Shown here piece by piece: positions 1 through 11,478 of a stretch of DNA of 64,000 nt (its first letter is position 1; the number at the start of each line of letters is the position of its first letter). Made by a program: the position numbers and the translations under genes. This DNA is from Hypanus sabinus (taxonomy: Eukaryota), in NCBI RefSeq assembly GCF_030144855.1, contig NC_082713.1, positions 146,506,001-146,570,000 of the forward strand, given 5' to 3'. The notes beneath the pieces were generated by a model. That model saw only the letters and a program-made list of their open reading frames with translations. It was not told the origin of the DNA and made no database searches.

Positions 1-1330
1 ACATGCTTTTTCTTTCTTCCTTTGTAATTTATATTCCTCATCCTGGCTACTATTCAGACGCTTGCATTTAACTCCCATCAGGGACATTTTACCCTTGCAG
101 TTTATTAACTCTACCCTCAAGGACTTGACATCATCTGATCCTATGACACCTCTTTCTAAATATGTGATTTCAGTTTTTACTAAGAGTGCCACCCCAGCTT
201 TTCTGCCTACCTGCCTGTCATTTCGTTACAATGTGCATCCTTTGATGTTAAGCTCCCAACTATGATCTTCGTTCAGCCACGACTCAGTGATGCTCACGAC
301 ATCATACCTGCCAGTCTCGAACTGCACTTGAAGATCAACTACCTTATTCTGTATATTGTGTGTGTTCAAATCTTCAGTCCCATTTTCATCATTTTTAAAA
401 ATTTTACTCCCACGTTATACTTCAACTCATCCCACTTACTGCAATTTTTCCATATCATCTGCCTGTCATCATCACATCTCACTCCACACTGCATCTACTT
501 GAATACCAACTGTCCCATCCTCAGCCCTATCATCAGTATATCTACTCAATAGACACAAGAAGCTGGAAGAACTCAGGATGTCCGGCAGCATCTATGAAAA
601 CAAGTAAGTTGATGTTTCGGCCTAGACCCTTCTTCAGGACTAAGAAAGGGGGAGAGGCCAAAATAAAAAGGTGGGTGGGAGGGGAAAGAGGCTAGCTAGT
701 AAGTGGTATGTGGTCAGGTGGGTGGGAAAGGTCAAGGGCTGAAGAAGAAAGAATCTTTTAGGAGAGGAGAGTGAACAACAGGAGAAAGGGAAGGAGGAGA
801 GGACCCAAGGGGAAGTAATAGGCAGATGAGAAGGTGAAAGGTCAGATTGGGGAATGTGTGTGTGTGTGGGGGGTGGGGGGGAGGAATTTGTTCTCCGGAC
901 GGATCAGGTAGGAAAGCACCTAGACGGCATTTAAGGTGTTGCTCCTCCACCCTGAGAGTGGCCTCCCTTGGCACAAGAGGAGGCCATGGTCGACATGTCA
1001 GAATGGGAATGGGAGTCGGAATTAAAATATTTGGCCTTCGGGGAGTCCTGCTTGTGGTGGATAGTGCGGAGATGTATACTAACTGCCCCATCCTCAGTCC
1101 TATCACCCTGCCAAATTAATATAAACTGTGTTTCTCCTTAAATAATTGTAAAAGGCTCTGGAGTCATAATTATTTGTGCATGGGGAAAGGAATAAGGAGT
1201 GAGAGATGGAAGGACACAAGGCAAATGGCATTGAGTACAAATAGAAGCTCTGACTGGAGTGTAAGGACCGTGAGTGGACAGCAACATATAACAATCTGAT
1301 AAGATTGAAGTTATTAACACGAGGAAGTCT
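1..1330 (-). mobile_element. Degenerate CR1 LINE fragment (start of ORF2 endonuclease), split by a Penelope insertion
   Basis: Minus strand reads ITESWLNEDHSWELNIKG...DRQVGRKAGVALL, the CR1 APE N-terminal motif. Confidence 0.7.
545..1075 (-). mobile_element. Penelope-like element 3' fragment (GIY-YIG C-terminus plus pLTR tail)
   Basis: Minus ORF contains TLRVEEQHLKCRLGAFLPD, like the PLE EEQHLIFRLG motif. Tail has CTGAAGA...GAAAC. Flanked by a ~32-bp direct repeat (503-534 / 1076-1107). Confidence 0.7.
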
Positions 1331-1815
1331 GCAGCCTCTGGAAATCAAAAACAACACAGGCAAAATGCTGGAGGAACTCAGCAGGGTAGGCAGCATCCAT
1401 GGAAGTGAAGGATTAGGTTAGTTACTTTGGGGCACTCAGCCCAAACTGCTTTGACGTGACTGTTGTACAGGGAGCCTCAGTTAACACTACCGCTGCAAGT
1501 CAGATGAACTATTTCAATAGCTCTTACAAGACAGAAACCCCATGAAGCAGACGCACCCCTCAGCTTTTTAAAGATATTGCTGGCATTATTATGGAGATTT
1601 TTGTGAGAAGTGTTTCGTGTTTTGTGAAAAATGCATCAAGCACAATGAATAAGAGAGACAGGTTAAACAGATGCAATATTTTGTGATAAAATTTGAATCG
1701 TACACATTCCTCAGTTCCACACTTCCTACTTAGACATTTTCTCAATCTGGGCCTGAGTTAAATCCTCAGATGACAAAGATGGGCAGTGACATCAGGCATA
1801 CAGGGTGATTATTAT

Positions 1816-2210
1816 AAACACAAGAAATTCTGCAGATACTGGAAATCCAAAGCAAAGCACACAAAATGCTGGAGGAACTCTGCAGGTCAGGCAGCATCTA
1901 TGGAAATGAATAAACAGACGACGTTTTGGGTTGAGAACTTTCTTCAGGACTGGAAAGGAAGGGGGAAGACACCGGAATAAAAGGTGGAAGGGGGAAGGAG
2001 GATAGCGAGAAGATGATTGAGGAAGCCAGTGGGTGGGAAAGGTAAAGGCTGGAGAAGAAGGATTCTGATAAGAGAGTAGAGTGGAACATTGGAGAAAGGG
2101 AAGGAGGGGAGGCACCAGGGGAGATGATAGGCAGGTGAGAAGAGGTAAAAGGCCAGAGTGCAAATAGAAGAAGGGGAAAGGGGAAGGAAATTTTTTTTAG
2201 CAAAAGGAAA
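1816..2210 (-). mobile_element. Penelope-derived tail repeat
   Basis: acacaaaatgctggaggaactc...gcagcatctatggaa...cttcaggactgg followed by a purine-rich tract; same family as 545-1075. Shorter copies lie at ~1350-1410, 31912-32010, 52470-52600 and 54622-54752. Confidence 0.7.
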
Positions 2211-3630
2211 TTTTGCTAACATAGTTCAATCCTAATTTTAATGTAACACATTATCTAACTAATTTTACATGATCAATTTAATATCATTATTTTAAATAGT
2301 AAAATATTTGGCAGAGAAGTGAGATTAATGTCGCATCAAAGCTAGGCTAAGAACCAGGCTGAAGAACTGGAGAGACAAAACAGCATAATGTGAATTTACA
2401 CAGGCAAATTCCATTAACAACGTCAACAAACATTTAGGATGGGAAGATGACAAATCACCTCCAGATTTTTAATGCAATGCAATATAGATACAAATGATAT
2501 TTTTGTGAAATAGAATGGGATCCATTTGCTTCCTCAGAACATGCATTAGTAATGCGATGAGTGTGGCCTGGTTGAAACCCCGGTAATGTTCAGTTAGTTA
2601 ATTAGGTCATTTGTGTTCCATTGATTTATCCACTGCTGGGATGTGCTCTTTTATATATGTTGCATGCCCCACATTATTTTCTGAGTCATGTGCACTTTGT
2701 GCCCTTCTGCTCTGCGTTCAGTCCTCTGTGCAGTTTAGTTTGCAGACACTTTGCTGTCTGCCACATGCTTCAGCTTTTTTTGCTGTGCACTTTGGTCTTT
2801 ACTTGATTTTTTTTTGCTGTAGCCTAAGGCAGTGTTCCACTCATCTAGTTGGGCATGTAAGTAGAAATGACATCCAATTATACAGCAATCACAATACAAC
2901 GTGATGGAAAACGTACATGAATGAAAAAAGTGCACCAGCAACATGGGATTGTTAAGCAACTAGCCACTGCAAAGATTAATCACTTTTGATTTCTCTGTGA
3001 GGGCCCACTATGTTGGGCTATGAAGACATAATTATTATTTATATAGCAGGCTGTCCAGGAGGATTGAAACAAGAGAGAAAATTACCTGGCAGAAGATGAT
3101 GAGAAGTCCATAGGAGCTCCATCTTGTCTATCAATCCTCTGTTACTGGACATCGTGTTGTGGAGTAGGGTGATTGATGTAAGGGTCACTCCTACTCCCAG
3201 AATTGGAGTTCCAAGCAAAGACAGCAGGAGGGAACACTGAGGAAGCCAGGTGAAACACTGCAAGCAAAAGCTACAAATGGTTCCAACTCTTACTGTATGA
3301 GAAAAAATAGCTTTGTGCTTTACGTTGTTAGTTGTACCGATGTCTCTAAATAATAAAATGATTATCACAAGCTACATCTGTCAAATTAACTACTAACCGC
3401 TCTGTTTTAATTGTTACTTTTCAATAACCTAGGAACATGTTCCCCTGACCCCTGAGTTTAAACCATGTGCTGCCAAGAGCAGAACCTGTTCCTCACCTAC
3501 TATCTAAGTCACTGAAAGTAGCTCAGCTCAGACACGATCAGAGTAAACAACGCGAAGCAACGGGACACAGTGCATCACAGTGATTGGCAGCTGGTTAGCG
3601 TATTTCTAATTTAGGCTGGAACCATGGTTA

Positions 3631-4342
3631 TGTAAAGGGGGTTTCTTCTTTTTTCCTTGTTACTGTGTATATAATCAAAATGGCTTCTTTGTTTTGTTAA
3701 AAGCAGGAATGCTTCTTTGTTGCGAGAGAGTGCTGGAAGCTTGTTTGGGTTAAAATTTACTGATAACGAGAATTGTATTCCTTTGTAAACCAATTGGGAT
3801 TAATGTTGTTCTTTCTTCTGAGTCTGTAAGCGGTTGTTGACGGGCTTTTGGGGAGATCAGCGCGAGGGGTTGAGAGAGAGAGGACGCGATGCTGTAAGCT
3901 GGGCGAGGAATGGACCCCAAGCGGGGGTCCAAGGCCAGGAGGTACACCGAGGAGAGGAGATGAAGCTAGATGTGCTTAGTTGACCACTTCGGATGGTCCT
4001 AAGCTGCGAGTCGAGGAGTTCGGAGGGGATCGAATGGTGGCCAGAAGACTTCAGTAATTGAGCTCCAACGGTTGTGCACAAAGTGGTTTGGACTTTGATA
4101 AGTTTGGCGCCTTTTCTTTATTCTTTTCTTCATTAATGCTGTATTGTTATTAATCACTTAGTTATAGTAACCTTTATAAATTGTACTCATTTAATCGCAT
4201 ATGGTGTACTGTCTGTTTTTGGGCGAGGTGGGGACATCACACAGCATCCATACCAGCTGATTACCCAGTTTGGCGGGGCCGAAGGCTGCTCCCCCTAGAC
4301 GAGAATGAGCTGAGCGAGCTTGAGGCGACCCAGGGGGTTACA
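3631..4342. mobile_element. Solo LTR, 712 bp
   Basis: Termini TGTAA...TTACA with exact 4-bp TSD GTTA (3627-3630 / 4343-4346); CpG-rich compared with its flanks. Confidence 0.85.
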
Positions 4343-5596
4343 GTTAAAATAATCGCTTCAAATCTCACATCTAGTTTAAGGTCATTTCCATTTGCATGCA
4401 CAAGGCTGCAAAGTGCAATCATTTTGATTTTCACCCTGGGTTTGGCCATTCTGAAGTGGTCGATGAGACCAATGTGTACGGTCTGGGTGTAGAGTGGTTA
4501 TTTTATGCTACCTTCCTTCAGGACCTTATGTTGATTTTTTTGCGTGCATGCAGGACTCAAGGTTGCCCATAGCTTCCCAAATGCTCCTTTCACCACTTTG
4601 AGTGGCTCCCAGGAACTGGTCAGAATACTGCATTTTTCCAAGGGGACTGGGAATGGCTTTGAATTTTTTCGTCTGCCCACCTAGTAGCATTCAGTTTGAG
4701 CTTGGATTGAGTGTCAGTTTTGAGAATCTAGTGATGCATGTGAGAATAGCATGGCCTGTCCAACGGAGCTGATGGAATGTAATGACGGTTTGAATAATGG
4801 GGATGTTGGCCTCAGAGAGCATGTCTACATTGATTTGCTTTTTCTTGACAGCAGATTAAAAAATTTTGTACAGACAACGTTGGTGGTACTTTTCCAGTGT
4901 CTTGAGGTGCCTGCAGCAGTTACCTAGGTATCAGAAACACGCAGGAGGGCATAGATCATTGCTGCCTGGTAGACTATGAGTTTTGAATCAGTTTTGTGGA
5001 CTTTGCTCTTTGAGCATCCTTTTCCTCCAACAACTAAAGACTGTGCTAGTACATTGAAGCTGTAGTGAATTTGCCTTTTTTGAGAGGTGGCTGCCAAGTT
5101 ATGTTAACTAGTGCAAGTATTTTTTAAAAATGGGGACAGCTTAGTTGAAGAATTTTGTCTTGTGGACATGGCGTATGAGTCTCATTTTTAATGTGCTTCA
5201 GTGAATAAGTCAAAGATGCCTGGGAGCTCAGCCTCTGAGCTCATGCAGATGCCGGTATTATCTGCCCACTACCGAGACAGGCATAACCTTGGTTCTTGTG
5301 TTTGATTGGTGTAGGATAGACAGTTTGCTAATAATCTATAGATCACTTTCACTCCAGCGGGAGGTTTGCTGGAGGTGAGTTGAAAAACTCCATTGAGAAA
5401 GAATATGTTGTTGCAATGACATAGCCTTGTTTAGCACCAGTCTTCACTGAGACTGACTTTGTGGTAGAACTTTTGATTAGAATTTGCCTTGAAGCAAGTG
5501 TCTGATGGCAAACTATAGTCTCTTGATGGGTAGACAATGGTTCAGTTGTGTAAACCTATGTTCAACAGTTGGTACTGGATGCTGAACTTCCACATC

Positions 5597-5841
5597 TGCA
5601 GCCTATTTAAACCCAGCTCTCATCCTCAATCCGTGTTCACTCACATGGACCAGCCAGACTCAACCAGTTGCTCCTCACCTTCAGTTATCTTGTTGCCTGT
5701 GGTGTTTAGTATCTGTTCTCTCCTGTATTGTGGCCCCTCGAGGCTTGCTGTTTTTGCAGACAGTTATTAAACTGATAATTTATCACTGAGTTGCCTCTGC
5801 TATTCTGCTTTTGGGTAAAGCTCCCTTTCCGTTTCCTGACA
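5597..5841 (+). repeat. 5' LTR of the chromovirus (alignable part; left boundary unclear)
   Basis: Aligns with 10035-10277; TATTTAAA at 5604-5611; ends in TGACA. Confidence 0.8.
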
Positions 5842-8800
5842 GAGTGAGTGAACCAGCGATTAACGCAGCAGAGTTTGTGTGCCGAAAGGAACTCGTCCAT
5901 CAACATGAGTACATGATCTAGAAGCAGCAGGAAACTTTTGACTCTCTGCTTGCCAATGTCAACCAATTTTCCGTCTCGATACAGCATCCCTGTGCCAGTC
6001 AACCTCCTCCCTCAGAGCCCCGAATTCTGGTGCCCAAATGTTTCAACGGATCCCTGATCCAATGGCACACTTCACATCCCAGTGCTTCTCCGAGCTCCAG
6101 CCACCTCTGTATTTTATAGACCAAGCCAAGATTACCTTCATCATCTCTCTCTTCACTGGGCGAGCGCTGACCTGGGACACCACTAATTGGAATAACAAGA
6201 ACCCCCTTTGCAACAGATATGAGGATTTCAAAGCTGAAATGCAAGGGGTTTTCGACCACCTGGACAGTGAAAGGGAGATCAGGTACTTTGCCTGCATCAA
6301 GGCTCATGCTTGGTGCTGAATTACACTGTGGAATTCCGGACCTTCACGGTGGGATGTGACTGGAATGAGGAAGCACTGCTAGTCCATTACCATCAAAGCC
6401 TCTTGGAGCACTCAAAAGCCAAGCTGTCTACCTGGGAGATGCCTACTGACCTCAAACACACATTGCTCTGATCCTCCATATTGAAAAGCACCTTATGAAA
6501 CAACTCTCCTATTAACAACCAGAACCCCAGTTCCATTCTTAGAACCATTTTAGGCTCCAGGGCCCTCACCAGCTCTGCTTCCAGAACCCATGCAGTTAGG
6601 GAGAACTCCCTTAACACAGCAAGAATGCAAACATAGGAGGAGAATCAGCTTGTGCATCTAGTGCAGAGCAGATGACTACTAAGTCCTCAAATATCCACTG
6701 TGTCCGGGCAATGGCACCACCAGACAGAAATGAGGCAAGCTTCCCCGGTCCCTTGTTCCAGCACCATAGCCTAAGTCACCCTCTCTGTCCCGCACACTCC
6801 ACCAGCTCTGTGTGCACAAGAGCTTTGGTGGACTTTGGTGCAGCAGGCAACTTTCTGGACCGGACTCTGTATGTGCAGCTTGGAGATAGGCTCCTTATCA
6901 AGCCCATCTCTCATCCCACTGACAGGCAACTCTTGGGGTCTGGAATGGTCAGCGTACACATACGGCCTGTGCGCATGAGCATCAGCGAACACCATAAATC
7001 CATCCATTTCCTCTTGACCGACTCACCCAACTCTCCTCTCATCCCTGGCTCTCCACTCATGCCCCTCACTTGGCTGGGTTATCCATCTCACTGCCGCTGG
7101 GAACCCACTTACTAGACCACCTGCCCGCAACTTCACCCTGTGGATCCGTGTTGGCAGAGGAAACACTCACCCTCATCAAACTCCTACAGGAATACCATGA
7201 TTTAGCTATCAGCTTCAGTTAAAGGAAGGCCTGCGCCCTGCTGCCTCACAGACTACACAAGTGTGTGATTGACATCCTCCTGGGCACCACCCCTCCCCAA
7301 GGTCATCTGTTCTCCCTCTTCCCTCCTGAGCTGTGAATGTCTACATTGCTGAAGGACTACAGCATGGATTCATTTAATTTCCCAATCCCCAGACGGTGCA
7401 GGATTCTTCTATATCAAAAAGAATGAAGGGGTCTTTGTCCTTGCATCAATTACTGTGGACTCAACAAAATCACTATTAAGAACAGTTACCTTCTCCCCTG
7501 GATGGATAGCACATCTGAAATACTCTACAGGGTCCAGATCTTCACCAGACTGGGTCTACAGAGTGTGTACAGCCTGATCCACATCAGCCATGGGGATGGG
7601 TGGAAGACAGCATTTATAACACCAATTAACCACTAAAGATACCTAGTGATGCCATTTGGACTTTCCAATTGTCCAGCCATTTTCCAAGACTTCATTAATG
7701 AAATTCTCCAAGACATGCTACACGGGCACGTTTTCGACTACCTTGATGACATCCTTATCTTCTCCAAGGACCCCCAAGAGCATGTGTGTCATGGTTGTTC
7801 AGATCTGCAGTGTCTACTTGTAGACTAACTGTACTGGAAGTCAGGAAGATGCAGTTCCACACCCCAGTCACTTCCTGTCGGGGTTGCATCTTTTCACCCC
7901 AGGGCGTAACCATGGATCCAGAGAAAACGTGCGTCGTCATTGAATGCCCCTGAACACACTCCCTCGCAAAGTGTTACTGTGCTTTGTGAGTTTCTCCAAA
8001 TTCTACTGTCGTGTCATCCGAAACTACAACCAGATCACCTCTCCTTTCACCTCCCTCACCAAATCACCTGCTTTACGGATAACCTGAACCAACTTTTGAG
8101 GAGTTCAAGAGATGCTTCATCATCACTCCCACGCTCCACCATCCGAATCCTCCGGAGCTTTTCTGGTAGAAGCGGACTCATCTGACATGGGCACTGGGGC
8201 CATACTTCCCCAACAACAAACTGATGGGGAACCACACCCCTGTGCCTTCTTGTCATGCAAGTTCAACGCTACGCAGTATCATTATGGAGTAGGAGACAGG
8301 GAGCTACTCGCCATTATACAGGCCTAGGAGGAATGGAGACATTAGCTGATGGGAAACGCTGAGCCCTTCCTGATCTGGACTGACCACCAGAACCTAATAT
8401 CATATAACAGACCTCCCCACCCCCCCATTTCAACCTACATCAGGCTCGCGGGCCCCTCTTTGTGCAATTCAGTTTCACATTCTCCTGCTGACCAGGCTTC
8501 AAGAACAATAAGGAAAGTAATAATTTGACCCAGCTGAAATGGAGATGAGGTCTTGGCCCATCATTCCATCCTCCCAGATCCTTATCCCAATCATTTGGGA
8601 CCCTGAGAACCATATCTGGAAGGCTTTATATCGTGAGCTTGTTCCGGCTGACACTTTCATAACGGCATGTATGTCCCAGTGGCTGTGCACTCTGGGGCAC
8701 TCCAATGTGCTCTCTCCTCACCCCTCTCCAACACATGACAGTCTCTGGATATTCTGAGAGGCTGGTTCTGGTGGCCCACCATTATCGCAGATGTATGTCA

Positions 8801-9954
8801 ATTTGTCATTGTCTTCTCTCATTGAGCCCAATCCAATTCTTCCAAACAGAAGTCCCCTGGATTCCTGCAGCCCCTACCGGACCCTCACCACCTATGGTCC
8901 CACAATGTCATGGATTTCATCACAGATTTGCCCCCTTCCAATGGGGCCATGGTGATCATGATATCAGTGGACCGGTTCTCCAAGGCAGTCAACTTCATTG
9001 CCCTCCCTAAACTTCCGTCAGCCACTGAGATGGCAGACATAGTTCTCCAACATGTCGTTCATCTCCACAGCTTCCCTCAGGACATTGTGTCAGACTGGAC
9101 CCCACAGTTGTCTCCCACTTCTAGTGAGCCTTTTGTTCCCTCCTCCACACCTCAGTAAGTTTGGCTATCATCCACAGTCAGAAAGAGCTGATCAGCAAGT
9201 GGAGAAGATTCTCTGATGTTTCACCACCCCTAACCTTCCTACTCGGAAGAAGAATCTGCTCTAGGGATCAGTGTCTCACAACTTATACAGCTCCTCTGCT
9301 ACAAGTATGTCACCCTTTGGTATGCTTCAGGGCTATCAACCCCTGATGTTCCCACGGAAGAGCCAGTGGTGGAGATGATGTCTGTTAGGCCTAGGTTTGC
9401 TGCTGGTGCAATGTAGAAAGGGGGCATGGAGGGCCACCTCAGCTGCTAACCATGCCTACTGCTGCCAGACCAACATTCAGCAGTGCCCAGCCAGACTATT
9501 CCAACCTGGCGACTGTGTCTGGCTGTCCACCTGATATCTGTCCTTGAGCAATGACCCCCGCAAGCTCTTGCCTCAGTTCATTGGTCAAGATCACCCACCA
9601 CATCAATCCAGTCACCTACCATGTCCAGCTGCCACCATCTCCCCACATCACACCTACCTTCCATGTGTCCTGCCTTAAGCCCGTTGTCTGTGGACCATGC
9701 CTCCCATCAGAGTGTGCTCCTCAGGACCCTAAGATGATGGAAGGTAGTCCAGCGTACACTGGCTGATGGATTCCCACTGTTGTGGATGGAGTGTGCAGTA
9801 CCTTGTCAGCTGGAAAGGGCACTCCTGGTGGAGAGGTCTTGGGTGCCATCCAGTTTCATCTTGGGTCCATCACCTGCCGAGAAATTCCAATGGACACATC
9901 AGGATCTCCCTGGGCCATCGGGTGCCGTCTTTAGGAGCTGGGGAGGGGGTGTCC

Positions 9955-10277
9955 TGTCAGCTCTGCACAGGCAGGCACCTCCCAGTCTTCACTCAGCCAA
10001 CAGGAATTAACCTGCCACACATTTACAACTCATCACCTACAGCCCATTTAAACCCACCTCATCCTCAACCCTTGCTCACTCACTGAACCTGCCAACCTCA
10101 ACCAGTTGCTCCCTGCTTTCTGTTACCTTGTTGCCTGTGATGTTTAGTGTCTCTTCTCTCTCATTTTGTTGGCCCTTGTGGCCTGTATTTTTGCAGTCCA
10201 TATTAAAGTGATCTTTCATTGCTGAATCATCTCTGCTGCTCTGCTTTTGGGTTAAGCCTCATTTGCATGTCTTGACA
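9955..10277 (+). repeat. 3' LTR of the chromovirus
   Basis: TGTCA...TGACA termini directly after the polypurine tract; aligns with the 5' LTR. Confidence 0.88.
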
Positions 10278-10708
10278 GTGGCTGAGGAGGTCCCTGGTCA
10301 TGACTTTCCTTGTAGCAGATGGCAGGGAGACCCCTCTGTAACTATTATAATCCAACGTCTCCTTTCCTGATGATGGTCATGATTACAGCAGCATTGAAGA
10401 CTCCTGGTGTAACTTCCTCAACCTAGATGTGGATGATTCTGCCATGACCCCTGCGACCTGCCTTAGTGTTGAGCTTTCAGTGTTTTTGGGCACCTGTATT
10501 TACTAATCAATATCTTAACTCAAGTTGTTAAGCCCTTATACTTTCAGTGTAATCTTATCAAGTGTATTCTGGCTGACACGTGTTTCCTGCTTTCTATGAT
10601 TATTTTATGAGGACTCTCATTCAGTGCCTTAGTGGGGGTCCTTGTGTCAGAGACCTCGTGGTGTTGTTCAGTTGTTCCTTTGAGGTTCTGTTGGTATTGT
10701 GATATGTA

Positions 10709-11478
10709 ACCATAAGACCATAAGCCATAGGAGCAGAATTAGGCTATCTGGCCCATCGAGTTTGCCCCGCCATTCAATCATGGCTGATTCTTTTTTTTCT
10801 ATTTCCTCCTCAACCCCAGTTCCTGGCCTTCTCCCCGTAACCTTTGATGCCATGTCCACTCAAGAACCTATCAATCTCTGCCTTAAATACACCCAACAGT
10901 CTGGCCTCCACAGCTGCCTGTGGCAACAAATTCCACAAATTCACCAACTCTGGCTAAAGAAATTTCTCCACATACCTGTTTTAAATGGACACCCCTCTAT
11001 CCTGCGGTTGTGCCCTCTTGTCCTAGACTCTCCCAGCATGGGAAACATCCTTTCCACTCTACTCTGTCTAGGCCTGTCAACATTTGAAAGGTTTCAATGA
11101 GATCCTGCCACATCCTTCTGAATTCCAGCAGGTACAGACCCACAGCCATCAAACGTTCCTCTAATGATAACCCTTTCATTCCTGGAATCATTCTTGTGAA
11201 CCTCCTCTGAACCCTCTCCAATGCCAGCACATCTTTCCCAAGGTGAGGAGCCCAAACTGTTCACAATCCTCAAGGTGAGGCCTCACCAGTGCCTTATAAA
11301 GCCTCAGCATCACATCCCTGCTCTTGTATTCTAGACTTGAAATGAATGCTAACATGGCATTTGTCTTCCTCACCATTGACTCAACCTGCAAGTAAACCTT
11401 CAGGGTGTTCTGCACGAGGACTCCCAAGTCCCTCGGCATCTTGGATTTCTGGTTTTTCTCCCTGTTCAGTAAATAAAT
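10709..11478 (-). mobile_element. CR1 LINE 3' fragment
   Basis: Minus ORFs LYKALVRPHLEDCEQF and LERVQRRFTRMIPGMKGL; (CCATAAGA)n tail at 10709. Confidence 0.9.

Larger units (their letters stand above)
5597..10277 (+). mobile_element. Decayed full-length Ty3/Gypsy chromovirus (Tf1/sushi group, related to the PEG10/RTL lineage)
   Basis: Domains occur in order: Gag AKITFIISLFTGRALTW (~6130), protease ALVDFGAAGNF (~6825), [15 protein letters not shown]...YLDDILIFS (7646-7765), RNase [15 protein letters not shown]...DRELLAI, integrase MDFITDLPPS...VDRFSK (8910), chromodomain VQYLVSWKG (~9795). PPT GGGGAGGGGG at ~9940. Many stops and frameshifts. Confidence 0.93.

Noticed and set aside
6038-6319. 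Domesticated PEG10/RTL-like gag gene
   Set aside because: It is part of an LTR-flanked element with frameshifts, stops and a mutated protease motif (DFG); no intact ORF.
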